Source: Eutreptiella sp. 'Long Island Sound 2002'
Taxonomy: Eukaryota; Protista; Euglenida
DNA: 64,000 nt
NCBI GenBank assembly: GCA_964036045.1
Contig: OZ038378.1
Coordinates: 184,264,001-184,328,000 of the forward strand
Direction of reading: 5' to 3'
The position numbers and the translations under genes were made by a program. The notes under the pieces were generated by a model. The model ran no database searches. It saw only the letters and a list, made by a program, of their open reading frames with translations, and was not told the origin of the DNA. How positions within the stretch are numbered: the first letter of the stretch is position 1; each line of letters begins with the position of its first letter. Positions 12,944 through 25,300 of the stretch are shown here, one piece after another.

Positions 12944-15900
12944 ACGCAGATGCATGCAGCGCTGGATTTATGGTCGGCATGCACCTGTGCAAGTGTGACC
13001 AATTTTTTGTTCCCCACCGGGTCCTTTGGTCCAGCTTCTCCCTCTGCTTTTGGTGGTAGCAGAGCGAAGCAGAGCGCTGAAGGTATGCAAGAATGTAAGT
13101 TGAAGCGGCAGAGGCCACGCCCCGTATTGCCAGTGACCGCTTTCTGGACGAAACATCCAGTTGTCCATGTTAGTTCGCGATCCATCTTAGAGAATTGCAA
13201 GATTGTGGTCCTAAAGCAAAAGAAACAAAGCATTGTGGTAAATTATGCTGTGGACATGCTTGGTGCTCCTGTTTGCGCAAGGTCAAGGGAATATTTCTTC
13301 CTCAACACCACCTGAGATGTGGGTCTGGGATGCATACCCGGCCTTTGCGCACACAGTGTAACTATTCGGCATGCATGGCAATACCAAGCCACGGGGTTGG
13401 GTCAGAGTGTATTTGGCCCGGAGCATTTGGTTCCTCAAATTTGGCCGCTAAACAAATGAGCAACAGTTCCAGGGCAGGAGGTCCCTCCTTTCTTGCGCGG
13501 TAGGCAGGTACTGGTGCAGTTGTCGGCAGCCAGTCCGTTTATCACGTCTGTTTCCTTGTCACGTCTGTTTCCTTGCTTGTGCATGAATGAGATGTTAGTC
13601 GTATCGATGGTGAGGATGTACAAGGGGGCTGGAAGTTGGGTGCCTCATCAAGTTTGCACAGCTGAAAAGCCGAATCAATTTGGCAGGGCTAAACGCTAAA
13701 TCAATGCGGCAGGCCTGAATTTGGGAAATTTTGGCGGCGGGTACCAGAAACAGCATTGAACCATCAGTGCCAAATTTGGTGGAAGGTCCCAATGCCTACA
13801 TCCTGTATGCTTTGGAGAGGATAGTGGGATCAAGGCCCCGCACCCATGGAAACGCAGTCATCCTATCCTGAGCGCGTCCACGCCCACATCTCCAACATCT
13901 CCTGGGAGACCATCTGGAGAACAAAATTGAACACGGAAGCACCAGACTAAGAAAAGTAGCCACGCCAAGGGGATAATATGATCTTCTTGGCCCATTACTT
14001 GTGACCTAGGATAGCACAATAGACCAAATGAATGCTGCACCCTACCTTTGCCACGGGTGCCGAGTACTCTCTTGGCACCATGAGCCATTATGTGGAAACA
14101 CATGTCGCAATTTAGCACAGCACAGAATGCATTGACGCTTTTCTCATCTTGCCCGCATGCAGCACTGTGCCGGAGGGTATGTGTGGCAGGGCACACATGT
14201 GTGCGTTGGGGCAGGTGTTTGACAAGGAGACTACGTTGCACCCTCGCTGTGCAGGCTTTCAGAGCTCCAAGGAGTTATGGAGCAAGTTAAGCATGTGTGG
14301 ATTGTTTGGCAGCGGTATGTGCCACTGTTGCCCTGAAGCCCTGGGTATCTGAACCGTGCTACACTTGCTTGAAACACTGCCAACTTTTGCAGGCCAGAAG
14401 TCAATTTCATTGCCAGTAGGTGCAGAGGGATGACCCCCCCCACCCAGCCCCCCATGCCAATATAAGGGGGACTCTAACCGACCAGCCACCCGTCCGCCGC
14501 CCGCCCGTCGCCACTTCGAGCCATGTCAGTGAAGCAACCACACCCAACTCCCTGGTGGTGGTTGCTGCACCACCACATATTGAATTGCAGGTCACAGGCC
14601 ACCGCGCCATCAGCGCCATCAGCACCAAGGACCCTGCACGTTAACCAAAATGACCCACCGCACGGCCCGGGGGGTCTGCACCGGCAGGAGTGTTTTGCCA
14701 ATGCGGCTCGCCCAGGCACAAGGACTGCCCCATACGCTGCTACACACGCGCTTCCGCTTCCACAATTTGCCTTGCCCCCTCACCCACGGCCTTCTGCATT
14801 ACCTGCACCTGGACACTCGGGATCGAGTGAGGGAGGCGTTCTGCGTACATACCCCCTGGGCATGACCCAATGTGTCCAGTTGGTGGGGCATGGGTAGACT
14901 GTCTCTGGGACATGGTACGGAGGAGAGAGTATGGCCTCACTGCAGAAGCTTATGTCATCTTCTGTCTCCAAACCAGAGACATGACCTCGGAATTCGAGCT
15001 CATGTTTGGCTGATTCAAACTTTCCGCCCAGAAATTGCCCCAACCTCTTAACCCTCTGGCTCCTGCACACGGCCACCCAATCAGACTGCCCAACGCACGC
15101 ACACGAGCACCAAAATGCACAGCACACGATGAGCGGCAGAAGGGAAGGGAGGGGGCATTGGTAGTGCCGAAGAGGTGGGGCCGTCCGGGCCCCCGTGTCT
15201 TGGCCGGCGGCGGCAGTTTGCAGCAGTGGCCATCCCGGCCAGCGGGCAAGATTCGCGGTTTCCACACCAGACGGCAAACGCTTCTACAGAGGGCCAGCCG
15301 CGGCTCAACAGCCCCCTGCAATGGGGTGTATGCATTCTGTCGCTCAAATAGGAAGGATGGAGTCGGGCTTGCCTGTATTCCTTTCTGGGGGGTCCTTGTA
15401 TGCCCCCCAATCCCCGTGAGTCCCTTGTTGTGGTAAATCATGCCGGGTCAATAGCCAGCTCTCGCTCACGCTCGGGGAGGGGGTCCAGGCGCCTGTCAGT
15501 CGGCATTGGTCACAGCAGCGAAAACCGCCTAAGAGGCCCGGCAGGTGATTCCTGTGGGGGGGAGCGATGAGCCATGAGACCGGGTCCATGCCGTACTGTG
15601 AGCTGGCGCTCCGCAGAAATTTCCCGTGACACTTGGCGACACTCGGCACTTCCTAGTGCTGGCTCATAGTACGGTCTATGCCGTGGAGGGGTGCGTATGC
15701 AGGTCCAGGGTGGGGAGTCTGGGAGGATCTGGACGGTGCCAGTGTGGTCCGTCAGGCGGCCCACGTACCCCCCTTGCGCAAGCACCGCCTTGTCCGTGGT
15801 ACTGTCGTTTTTGTGATTTTTGTGGTCCAGAGCATCCAGCCACACGAAGAGCCCAGTGTGTGTGACAAGGGGACGAGGGGCGGGGGCACACATCCAAGAC

Positions 15901-16293
15901 CTGTCTCTGCCCATCACAGTGCTGCGCTTTGCCATTTGGATGGGGTTTGATGTGACTGGGGGCCATGGCCAATGTTGCCGTACCCAATGTGCACCCCCTT
16001 CTCGTGTCAGCACAGCCTGGCCTGACCGCGGGGATCCGGTGTTGCCGCCGTTTTTGTGGACCTGGGCCGTGGTTGTGCAGGGGGTGGATCCAGTAGAGGA
16101 GGCCTCCTCTCCTGCCTCCCCACTGCCTCGCCCCGACCTGTCAGGCCCCTACTGCGACGGTCAGGGCCCTGTGATGTACAGGACCGGGGCCCGTTCCGCA
16201 AAGCAGGCCCACTGTGTGCTCGCGTCGGTGCAAGGACGGTGCCCCGCAGGACGCCATTTTGGGCCCGGGCGCGTCACAAATCGAACGGTGCGA

Positions 16294-16372
16294 ATGGCTC
16301 TTGTTGAAACGGGCGTCACTCGCGTCGCACGAAACAAGGGCGGTTTCTCGAAGCAGCTGTGCAGAGACGTGG
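16294..16372 (+). CDS. Exon 1 ([27 protein letters not shown]), candidate start
   Basis: ATG 16294; phase-1 donor G|GTGCGT matches the phase-1 acceptor of exon 2. An upstream CCGCAG at 16244-16249 could be a trans- or cis-splice acceptor. Confidence 0.55.
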
Positions 16373-19300
16373 GTGCGTTTTCCTTTTCCTTGGTGGGACA
16401 TGCGCCGCGACGTTCTTGTGCCCCTCTCAGACAATGTGGGAGAGACGCACGCACGACTGTCTTCTTGATTCCGGGCCCTGCATGGCAGTGAAAAGAGGGG
16501 TCCGACTGAGCACTCCAAGTCCACTCCAAACGAGGGTGCGTGTCGGGTTCCGTCGGGTGACACAGGCCTGAAACGCACACCAGAACGATTCTTGGCTCTC
16601 AGTGTGTGCACACTCCACTTCAACGTTGCAGACTCCGAGGACATTCCCGAGGAAAACTGGTTCAATCGCTCCGTGTCCGACCCGAACCATGCCACGTTCG
16701 AGGAAGTCACAACTCTGGGGCTGTGCCTGAACGTCAGTGTGGACCTGATATTCTCTCCGCACAATGGCGGCGCGGAGTACGACAACGGCATCGATGCCGC
16801 GTACACGGACCAGTGCGACTACTGGGTCAAGGACCCCGAGCGCATTGCCCTCCAACTCAACTTGCCAGTGTCCAAACTAAAGGCTGCGGCCAAGATCAGC
16901 CCCCGCAGCACCATCACTCTTAGATGGCCTCAGTACGCGGCCTTCGGCATCCCACTCAATGCCTTCTCCTTCGCCTGGGCCAACCCCATCATGAGCGAGG
17001 ATGCCACGCTGCTGTCGGCTGAGGACGATTTGTTCTGCTTCTTAAATTACGGGGGCTACGTCTACTTCGACAAAGGTGGGTACGTCATCAAGGTCACAGC
17101 CCTCTTCAACCCGCTCCAACGGGCGCCCACCCTCCACAACCCGGAGCAGCCCTTTACGCTGCGGTAGAAGGCACTGCCGCAGCGCATAGCAAAGGCGCGC
17201 TGCGATGTTGGGCCGACTTTGTTCCAGATTCAGATTTGGGGATGTGCTGTTGTTTGCGAGCTCCCTGGGCTACCGCATCCCTGTGAGTGAACCCTTTGCC
17301 GCTGTTGGCCGGTCTAGAGATGTGATGGTGATTCGGTGGTGTTTGCTTTGTGGCTTTGCTGACCTTTCTTTCTTCGACGGGATGGCACGCACAGTGCCCG
17401 CTCCGTACGCGCTCTGTGCAACGGTTTTCTATGTATTGGCATCGAAAGGGGATGTTTAGATAACACAGCAGGGGAAAACCTCGAGCTCCGTGGCGGAAAA
17501 GAACAGATCCTCTGACCCATGGTAACCCTCTCAGAAAGCCAAGTGCAGTCTGCTGTGGACGTCACTTGGGAATGCACGGGCGTGCACAGACGTCCAACCC
17601 GACATCCGTACCATCTTGCACACCACCACAACAAGGCACACCTGTGTTCAGGGTTGCAAAAGGGATGTACCGGGTGAAGAGGGCGGTGCAGGGGTGTCGA
17701 GTGTTGAAGAGGCTTGGTCACGGTTGGAAGGGGTTATGGTGGGAAGGGTCTGGAGGGTTGGCACAGGGTGTCGGTCGAGCAGCGGTCCGAGGGCAGGGGT
17801 TATACCAAGAGTGCCTCACGATCTGTCACTGACCGGTCAACAATGTCACAATGGCGTTCCCAGCAGCCTTTTGGACAACCCTCTACGGTCCTCTCCATCG
17901 TAATACCTCCCATCCTCTCCAGCCATCTCCGAGGCTCAGCTGTCACAGCACATGACGCCTGACCAGGAGGTACCCCGTTGGGGTCTCTCCAACGGGATTC
18001 CGGACGGGGGCATAAGTGATAAGCGGCCCCAGGCACAAGGGTGTCCTTGGTGACCCCGCGAGCCGGAAGGGACTAATAGTGGTTCTCGCCGGTGCCTGGG
18101 CGTCACATGGGTATTCAACCTCCACCACTACCCTCTCCAGCCCCAAGCAGATGATGGAGACGTTCGAGGGACCATGCCCCACGAGCAGCGTGCTTCGTGA
18201 GAGGTCCTCGGCCTGTGGATCCCATGTGTTGCCATATTGGGCGTCACCGTAGGGTGTTGCCTCAGCCGGCAACGAGCCGTGCTGGGCGCGTGAGCTGCGG
18301 CCTGGGCTGCCTGCCGGCAGCCTGGTCCAGTTTAACGGAAACCGTCACAGGTTCCGGAGCTGTAGACACGGGCCGCTGATCGCCATTATCCAGCTTTCTC
18401 CAGCCCAGCGCCTCTCGCTCCAGTTCACCAACCACTGCCGCCATTTACCCAACCCTCCTCAGCCTCTGAAATTTCACGCGCCTGCAATCCCCCCGTCCCC
18501 TCCACTGCCTCCCAGGTCAATGGGGTCCGCCTCGGGAACCAGACCAGCCCCTTGCGCTTCATCGGCCCGTATCCGTTGGGACGCAATCGCGACGCGTACG
18601 AGCGGTTGGTTTGCCGCAGCCGCCTGACGCGGGTGACGCTGTCGGGCCTGAAGGACCACGCCGTCCGCTTCGGGTGGGTGCTGCCCATGGAATTCGACGA
18701 CTGCAGCTCCGGCGCGTTCGTTTACGAGTACAAGGATCCCAGCGAAACGCGGTACATGCGAATGGACCTGGAGCCCGCAGGAAACAACGCAATGGACCGC
18801 GCAGCCAGTGATCTGGGGGTGCAGTTGGAGTTCGTGAACCAGCAGCTGCACGTCGTGAGCCTGTCGGACAGCAGCACGCTGAACGCCTGCGGGATCGAGC
18901 GAGGCGATGTGATCCTGCAGTGGGACGGGAACATCATCACCAGCAAGGAGATGTTCGACGCCATCTACGATACCGCGAAGCCCGGCTACGCCGTGACGCT
19001 GCGCGTGCGGCACCCCAGCGACCGGACCCGTGTCATCTGTGGGTTCTTCCGGATGCCGCGTCCCAGCGGCACAGAGGAGTCCGAGAGCCTCCAGGTGTTT
19101 GTGTGGGGATGGACGTGCGTACGCGCGTCTCATTGTGCTGTTGGGCGGTGTCGCATGGCACCTCTAACGTATCCTGCCATCCTGCCATACAATCCATACC
19201 TGTTGTGCATAGCTACCCATCTGCAGGGCGACGGGGTGCGACTTGCACAGTCCGTGTGTGCTTGCTACACCGACGTGTTGTGCTTGGAGTGGGGCGATAT

Positions 19301-22300
19301 GGGGTTTCCATAATGCCGAAATAGCCCTGCCGTGAACTGAGATTCTGCGGGTTCTACCCATCCCACACAACAGACCGGGCGGCCCTGCCCACCGAGCACA
19401 GCGCCAAGCCAGGCAACATGCCTGAAAATGCAGCCTGCCACTGTTGTGTAACACTTGGTGGTCCCGAACCCCCTGGCCCTGTGTGAAATTTCCCACATGG
19501 TTTGTGGTGGCGCGCGCCCTCCAAACCTCACTGCTCTGGGGAAGATGCATCTCCTGTCGTCCAAGCACCGTCAGTGGAGCTTTGGCCGCTGTCGGTTACC
19601 CTGCAACCACCGCCCGACCGCCGTCGGTGACCGCCCGAATGTGACTGGAATTTGTCCCAAATTTTGCAGTGGCATTTAAGAACTGGTGCCAAATTTTCTC
19701 TGCACCAAATTTCGCACATTCCTAATTTCCCCCACAAACAGCACGTGTGTCGTCTCAGGGGAGTTTCAACAGACCTCTCTTCAGCTTCCTCCGGACCGCC
19801 ACCGGAGGGGGCGAAGATGACTTCGGCCAGGCGCGGTCCCCAGGCTTCTTGCGGTCCCCAACCAGCTTCAACCTGCCAGTCAGCGCCCCGTCCCCTGCGT
19901 CCCTCCGCATGACCGTCGCCGGGTCCGGCAACGACCTCCCGCTGTGGTTCGCCCCCATGGACCCGGGGTGGTTCGAGTTGACCTTCCCCAAGTACACCCT
20001 CCAGTGCTCCGCCGTCACGACCCCCCTCGCCGGCATGCTCTCGGCCTGGTCCCGCCTCAATTTGGGGTCTGTCGTCAAGGATTTCCTGATGCCGGAGTCG
20101 AACTGCATGGTGTTTGCCTACCCCCCGCCCCCCCCGCCCGAGGGGCTGCCTGAGTTGCCCCTGGAGCTCGCGAGCTTCATGGCCAACGGAGCATTTCTAT
20201 ACTTCAATGAGGACAAACAGCACTCAGTGTGCCAGGTGCGTGCCTCCGCCCCTGCTCTGTGTGCTGGGTTTGCTCCAGCCGGCCTGTCATCCCCCGCTCC
20301 CTGTTCCACCTGCACAACACGCACGCAGGCAGCCGCACAGGAGAGACGGCCCCGCCGCGGACCAGCGAGACACAGGACACTGCAAGACACACCGGCGGCC
20401 GAGCAACGGCCGGGACTCCGAATGCGGGGCGCAGCAAACGGGCGGTGTCGTTCAAGGGCACCCAGCGAGCGCCCAGGCGCAGGCGGAAAATGGCCAGGGC
20501 TGCAACAGCAGCGGGGCATGGGCAAGTGGGGACGGATGTCACCCGAGCTCCTACCACCAGAGGGCCTTGCCAAAGGCGAGGGGACAGGCGCAGGGACCCG
20601 GCACCGCCCTGGGATATGCACAGAGCGCCCAATCTGCACGTCTGACCCTGGTGACCCGTGCTGGTGTCCCTCCTTAATATGGCATAATTGCTTAATTGCT
20701 TAAGAGTGTCCTGAACTTTGATAGTCTTGTATCCTCCTTCATATGGTTTCCTCCTGTAGGACAGCACCCACCCATCCACCCACAAGCACACACAAACACA
20801 GACACACAGCCGCGCACGCGCGCGCGCGCACACACACACACATATGTACATTGTCAGTCGCACAACGCCTCCAAGCATTCAAAGTTCTGCCGTTTGCAGA
20901 TTGCCCCATGTGTGGAGAAGTGGAAGACCACTTCCATGTCTTCAAGAAGTGTTTCTCCTCACAGGATTCCCTGGCTTTTATCAGGCAGTTATGGGAGTGT
21001 GGGTAGAAGACAACAAGTGGTACGAACCCTCTGGGACGTGTACCCATTTTCCTTTCCTTTCAGTCACAACGGTACAGGGCTGGCTAGTGTGGTCGGCGGT
21101 TTATGCCTTGGGTACTACATGGCAAAGGGAACAGTATCAGTTCTTTACAATTTTTATTGCTGCTTGTTGCGCCCTCTTTCCCCCCAGTTTTTAAATTTTG
21201 TTGTATGCGATTTCCCCGTCCCTTTTCAAAGAATGTGTTTTCTATTAAGGTTTTTATGGCTGTGAGCAGCATGTTGTTCCTGACACACAGGCCCAGCATA
21301 TTCTCAGTTTCTTCCAGATTCATTGGTTTCGACTCTCGGAACGAGAGAGTAAGAGGGCTACCAGGCCTATGTGTATGCGTTGCCAACAGCAGCAGCAGCA
21401 GCAACAGCAACAGCAACTGCAACTGCAACAGCACCGATACCAAGACCAAGACCATGACCATGACCAAGACCAAGACCAAGACCAACACCAAGACCAACAC
21501 CAACACCACCAATAACACCAACACCGACACCAACACCAACATCAACACCAACACCAACATCAACACCAACACCAACACCAACACCAACACCAACACCAAC
21601 ACCAACACCAACACCAACACCAACACCAACACCAACACCAACACCGACACCAACACCACCAATAACATCAACACCAACACCACCAACAACAGCAACACCA
21701 CCACCACCACCACCAGCATCAACGCCACCACCAACAGCATGAGCAACAGCATTAGCAACACCAATACAACACTAACAGGAACACCAAAAACAATGACACC
21801 ACCACCACCACCACCACCACCACCACCACCACCACCACCACCACCACCACCACCACAACCACCACAACCACCACAACCACCACCACCACCACAACCACCA
21901 ACACAACCAACTGCAGGCGCTGGTGGTCCTGGACCCACGCGACCCGTTGTCCGACGAGCGCGCGATCCTGCGCACGAAGCTCTGCTTCGAGGAAGGGGAG
22001 GCCACGCGCCGCCGCCCCGGTTGGCTCGAGGAGGCGGCGAACGCCGTCGTGCTGCAAGACGAGCTGGTGGAGGTCCCCCGTGCGAGCCACTGGCAGCACA
22101 CGCTGCCGGACGGGACGTGCTTCACGAGGCTGGCGTGGACGCCTGCGCTCGCGTTGGGCAACGAGAGCGAGTTCACCAACGGCGGGTATATCTTTCTGGA
22201 CGACGGGGGCAACAGCGTCAGTTTCGGGTGGTTGCAGGGGTCAAAGAACCTCTTTGAGGCGAAGATCGACTGCATGACGGGGGAGCGCCACCGGGCGCAG

Positions 22301-25300
22301 CGGGAGGCCACGGAGGTACAGTCCCATTCACCAGCCTTGGCAACGATTGGCAACCCTTGACATCGTTGTTGAGGGGATGGGGATGAGAATCGGGGGCGGG
22401 TGCAGGTGGAGGGGGAGGGCATGAGGACGGAGAAGAGATGGGGGTGGGCCGCCCTGCCTGCCACTGGGGTGGCAAAAAATGGCGCTTTTAGGCCAGCCCC
22501 CTCCATGTCCCTCCCCAACCCCACCTCTCTCCTCATTCCCTTCGCATTCCCCTCAAGATCCCCTCCCAAGCGGACGCTGGCGAGAATCAGGAGTTCCCCC
22601 CGCCCAAGGGCCGTCGAGGGCCTTTGGAGTGCATTTCATATGGCATGGCCGGCCGGCACGCAGTGTTGTCGGGGAGGCCATCATGCACACCCCAGGCGGC
22701 CTGTGAGTCTGTCTGAAGATCGGCCTCCAACTCCAAACCTTAATCGCACGCCCCTCCTACCTCACCCCTTTCGTCTCCCTCTCCCCGTCCCCTCCCCATT
22801 GCCAATTCCCTTCCCAGTACAGGAGCAGGGAGGGCCCCTGCCATCAAGTACAGGAGCAGGCAGGGCCACCGCCCAAGCAATCAAGCGGCATTGTCCCTCC
22901 AACAAAGCAGAGGGACAGGGTCACAGGATCTTGGCTCGTGGTCCCTGCTCACTTTTTTGAATTGTATTGTTAAACCAATTTTTTGACTGCAGGTGACCCA
23001 TGTAGCCCTACCCTGGCATATGCACCATGCGGCACTGCCAACAGCGTGTTGAAAGGGTTTGCATTGTGCAAGGGGCTTGCCACCATTCCTTTTCATCCTC
23101 ATTCGCTAACAAGAGGGTTCTGTAGAAGGGTCGTAGCCCGGAGCCCTCCAGAGTGGCCAGATGTGGAAAACTTTTGCTCTTGCAGTCATTTCAATAGCAA
23201 AAAGCGGTCACTGAGGGTGATAAACAGTACAACAAGATGCTAAAGAGTGAGAAGAAGCATGAGAAGAAGTAAGTAGGCTGTAATTTTCATCATCATCCAC
23301 ATCATTCATCACGCGCTCTCCCACAACCAAAACAGTCCAAAAACAAAACAGCCCTCTGTAACCCTCCCCAGGGTACCTAGTACGTTCTAACTAACATATT
23401 GGATTTAGAATGTATTTGATCTCATACATCTTGGGTCTTATATGTCTTAGCTCTTCCGTATTCGTACGGAATTGTGCAAATATGTATTTGATCTAATACG
23501 CATGAGCTAATATTGCTGGGGCTCTAGTAACATAGGTGAACGAATATGTACGCATTGTCTGCAAACTATACACAGTGTCTACAAGCTGCACACAGTGTCT
23601 GCATAATGCACACAGCATGTACAGAGGGTACATGGGTAGATGGGGACACGGGTGCTGTGGTAACACGTATTATCTAATACATAGTGGACAACCTATCATC
23701 GCAGCTCTGTTCCCTTTTCAACCCTTCATAGCCTTCTTTGACAACCCTCGCCGGCCCCTCCCACCATCTTCCACCAGGTGCTGCAGGGTCTGAAGCCATT
23801 CGACCGCTTTTACCGGGTTGGAATCAAGCATAAGAAACAGTGGAGCCTCGCGTTCGAGGTGCCCGCAGTGCTGCGACCCGCCGCCATGATGCTGGCAATG
23901 CTGGGTCGGAAGGGGGCAGAGCAAGAGGTCGTGAGCGGTAAGTCGCACTACGAGTGCGCGCCGTCGGAGGGGCAGCCCCTCGGCATCCCCAACGTCCGCA
24001 TTGACGGCGAGTTCCAGGGGATCGAGCTGAACGTCAAGAACATGGTTGCCATTTGGCGGCGGCGCGGGGAAGAGGCGGTGCTGCAGGAGGCGTTGGCGTC
24101 CGTGGGATGGATGTTTCAGCCCGTGGAGGACCAGCCCATGATCAACCTGCACACGTGGTACGGCGCCTACGCCCCCCACCAGCCCGAGGTCACCGCAAGG
24201 ATCCAGGAGCTGCTGCGGGGCCTGTCCAACGACGGGTTTCGGCTGCTGCGGCAATGGCTATTCGCAGCGCACGTGCGCAGCGAGGACGTGGAGACGCCGC
24301 TGATTGGCATCCGGAACAACGCAGTGGTGGAGGATGAGGCGGCGTGGATCGACGCACACCTGAGGAAGGCGGATCTGAAGCCCACCAGCACCGACCGGTG
24401 AGCAAGATGCTTGTTTTGTCCTGTTTGCATTGGATGCTGTGTTCATTGCTGGGGGGTTGTAGGGGGCGGTGGAGGGCTGTGGAGGGCGGTGGAGGGCTGT
24501 GGAGGGCTGTGGAGGGCTGTGGAGGGCTGTGGAGGGCCGTGGAGGGCTGTGGAGGGCGGTGGAGGGCTGTGGAGGGCTGTGGAGGGCTGTGGAGGGCTGT
24601 GGAGGGCTGTGGAGGGCTCTGGAGGGCTGTGGAGGGCCGTGGAGGTTGTATTTGTTTCGAGCGATCGGCCGTACGTTTTATGTGCACAGTGCCCTCAGTG
24701 GATATGACCGGTCCTCTGCGGAGTGCACAGGGCCCTCAAGTGGCAGACGGGGGGATGCACCCGAAAATGCAGAACAGAAAACTAGTCGGAACAATCGGAG
24801 TGGCTCGTGTGTGTTGCATGTTCGCCCAGAGACGGCCCCAACTCGCTCTGATGATGCGCAGGGCGCTTGCTGGTGTCCGCCGAAATTAGCCGGCGGACAC
24901 ATCGACGCGGCGCACACCCGGCCGGCCGGGTGGGCCGCGAGTCAACCGGCCGCTAAGCCGCCGGCTGTGGACTTGCACGTCATGAAAGTCGTACCCGGAA
25001 CATGACCCACAGACCACACGACTGGACGGTGGACTGGCACGTGTCGCGCCCCCTCCCTCGCGCCCCTCCATGCGCCTGCCGCCCCGCACCCGCGACCCCC
25101 CGTTCCGCATCCCAGGGCCCTCATCCGACGGATCAAGGACTTCAGCATCGCGGCGGTGTGCAGCACGTCCCCGATCAGCGGCCTGGAGGAGCTCTACGGG
25201 GCCGCGACCTGGACGCTGGGGTACGACGAGTGGACGAAGATCCACGAGAGCACGCGGATCTACACGAGTCGCCTGCTCCCGGGCCCCTTCTTCGTGGCGC

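Noticed and set aside
21084-22257. Long ORFs (284-384 aa) rich in VL, TN or poly-P, and similar ORFs at 24190-25005, 26839-27588, 37536-37907 and 53771-54609
   Set aside because: They are translations of microsatellites, which lack stop codons; they are intronic in the gene model.
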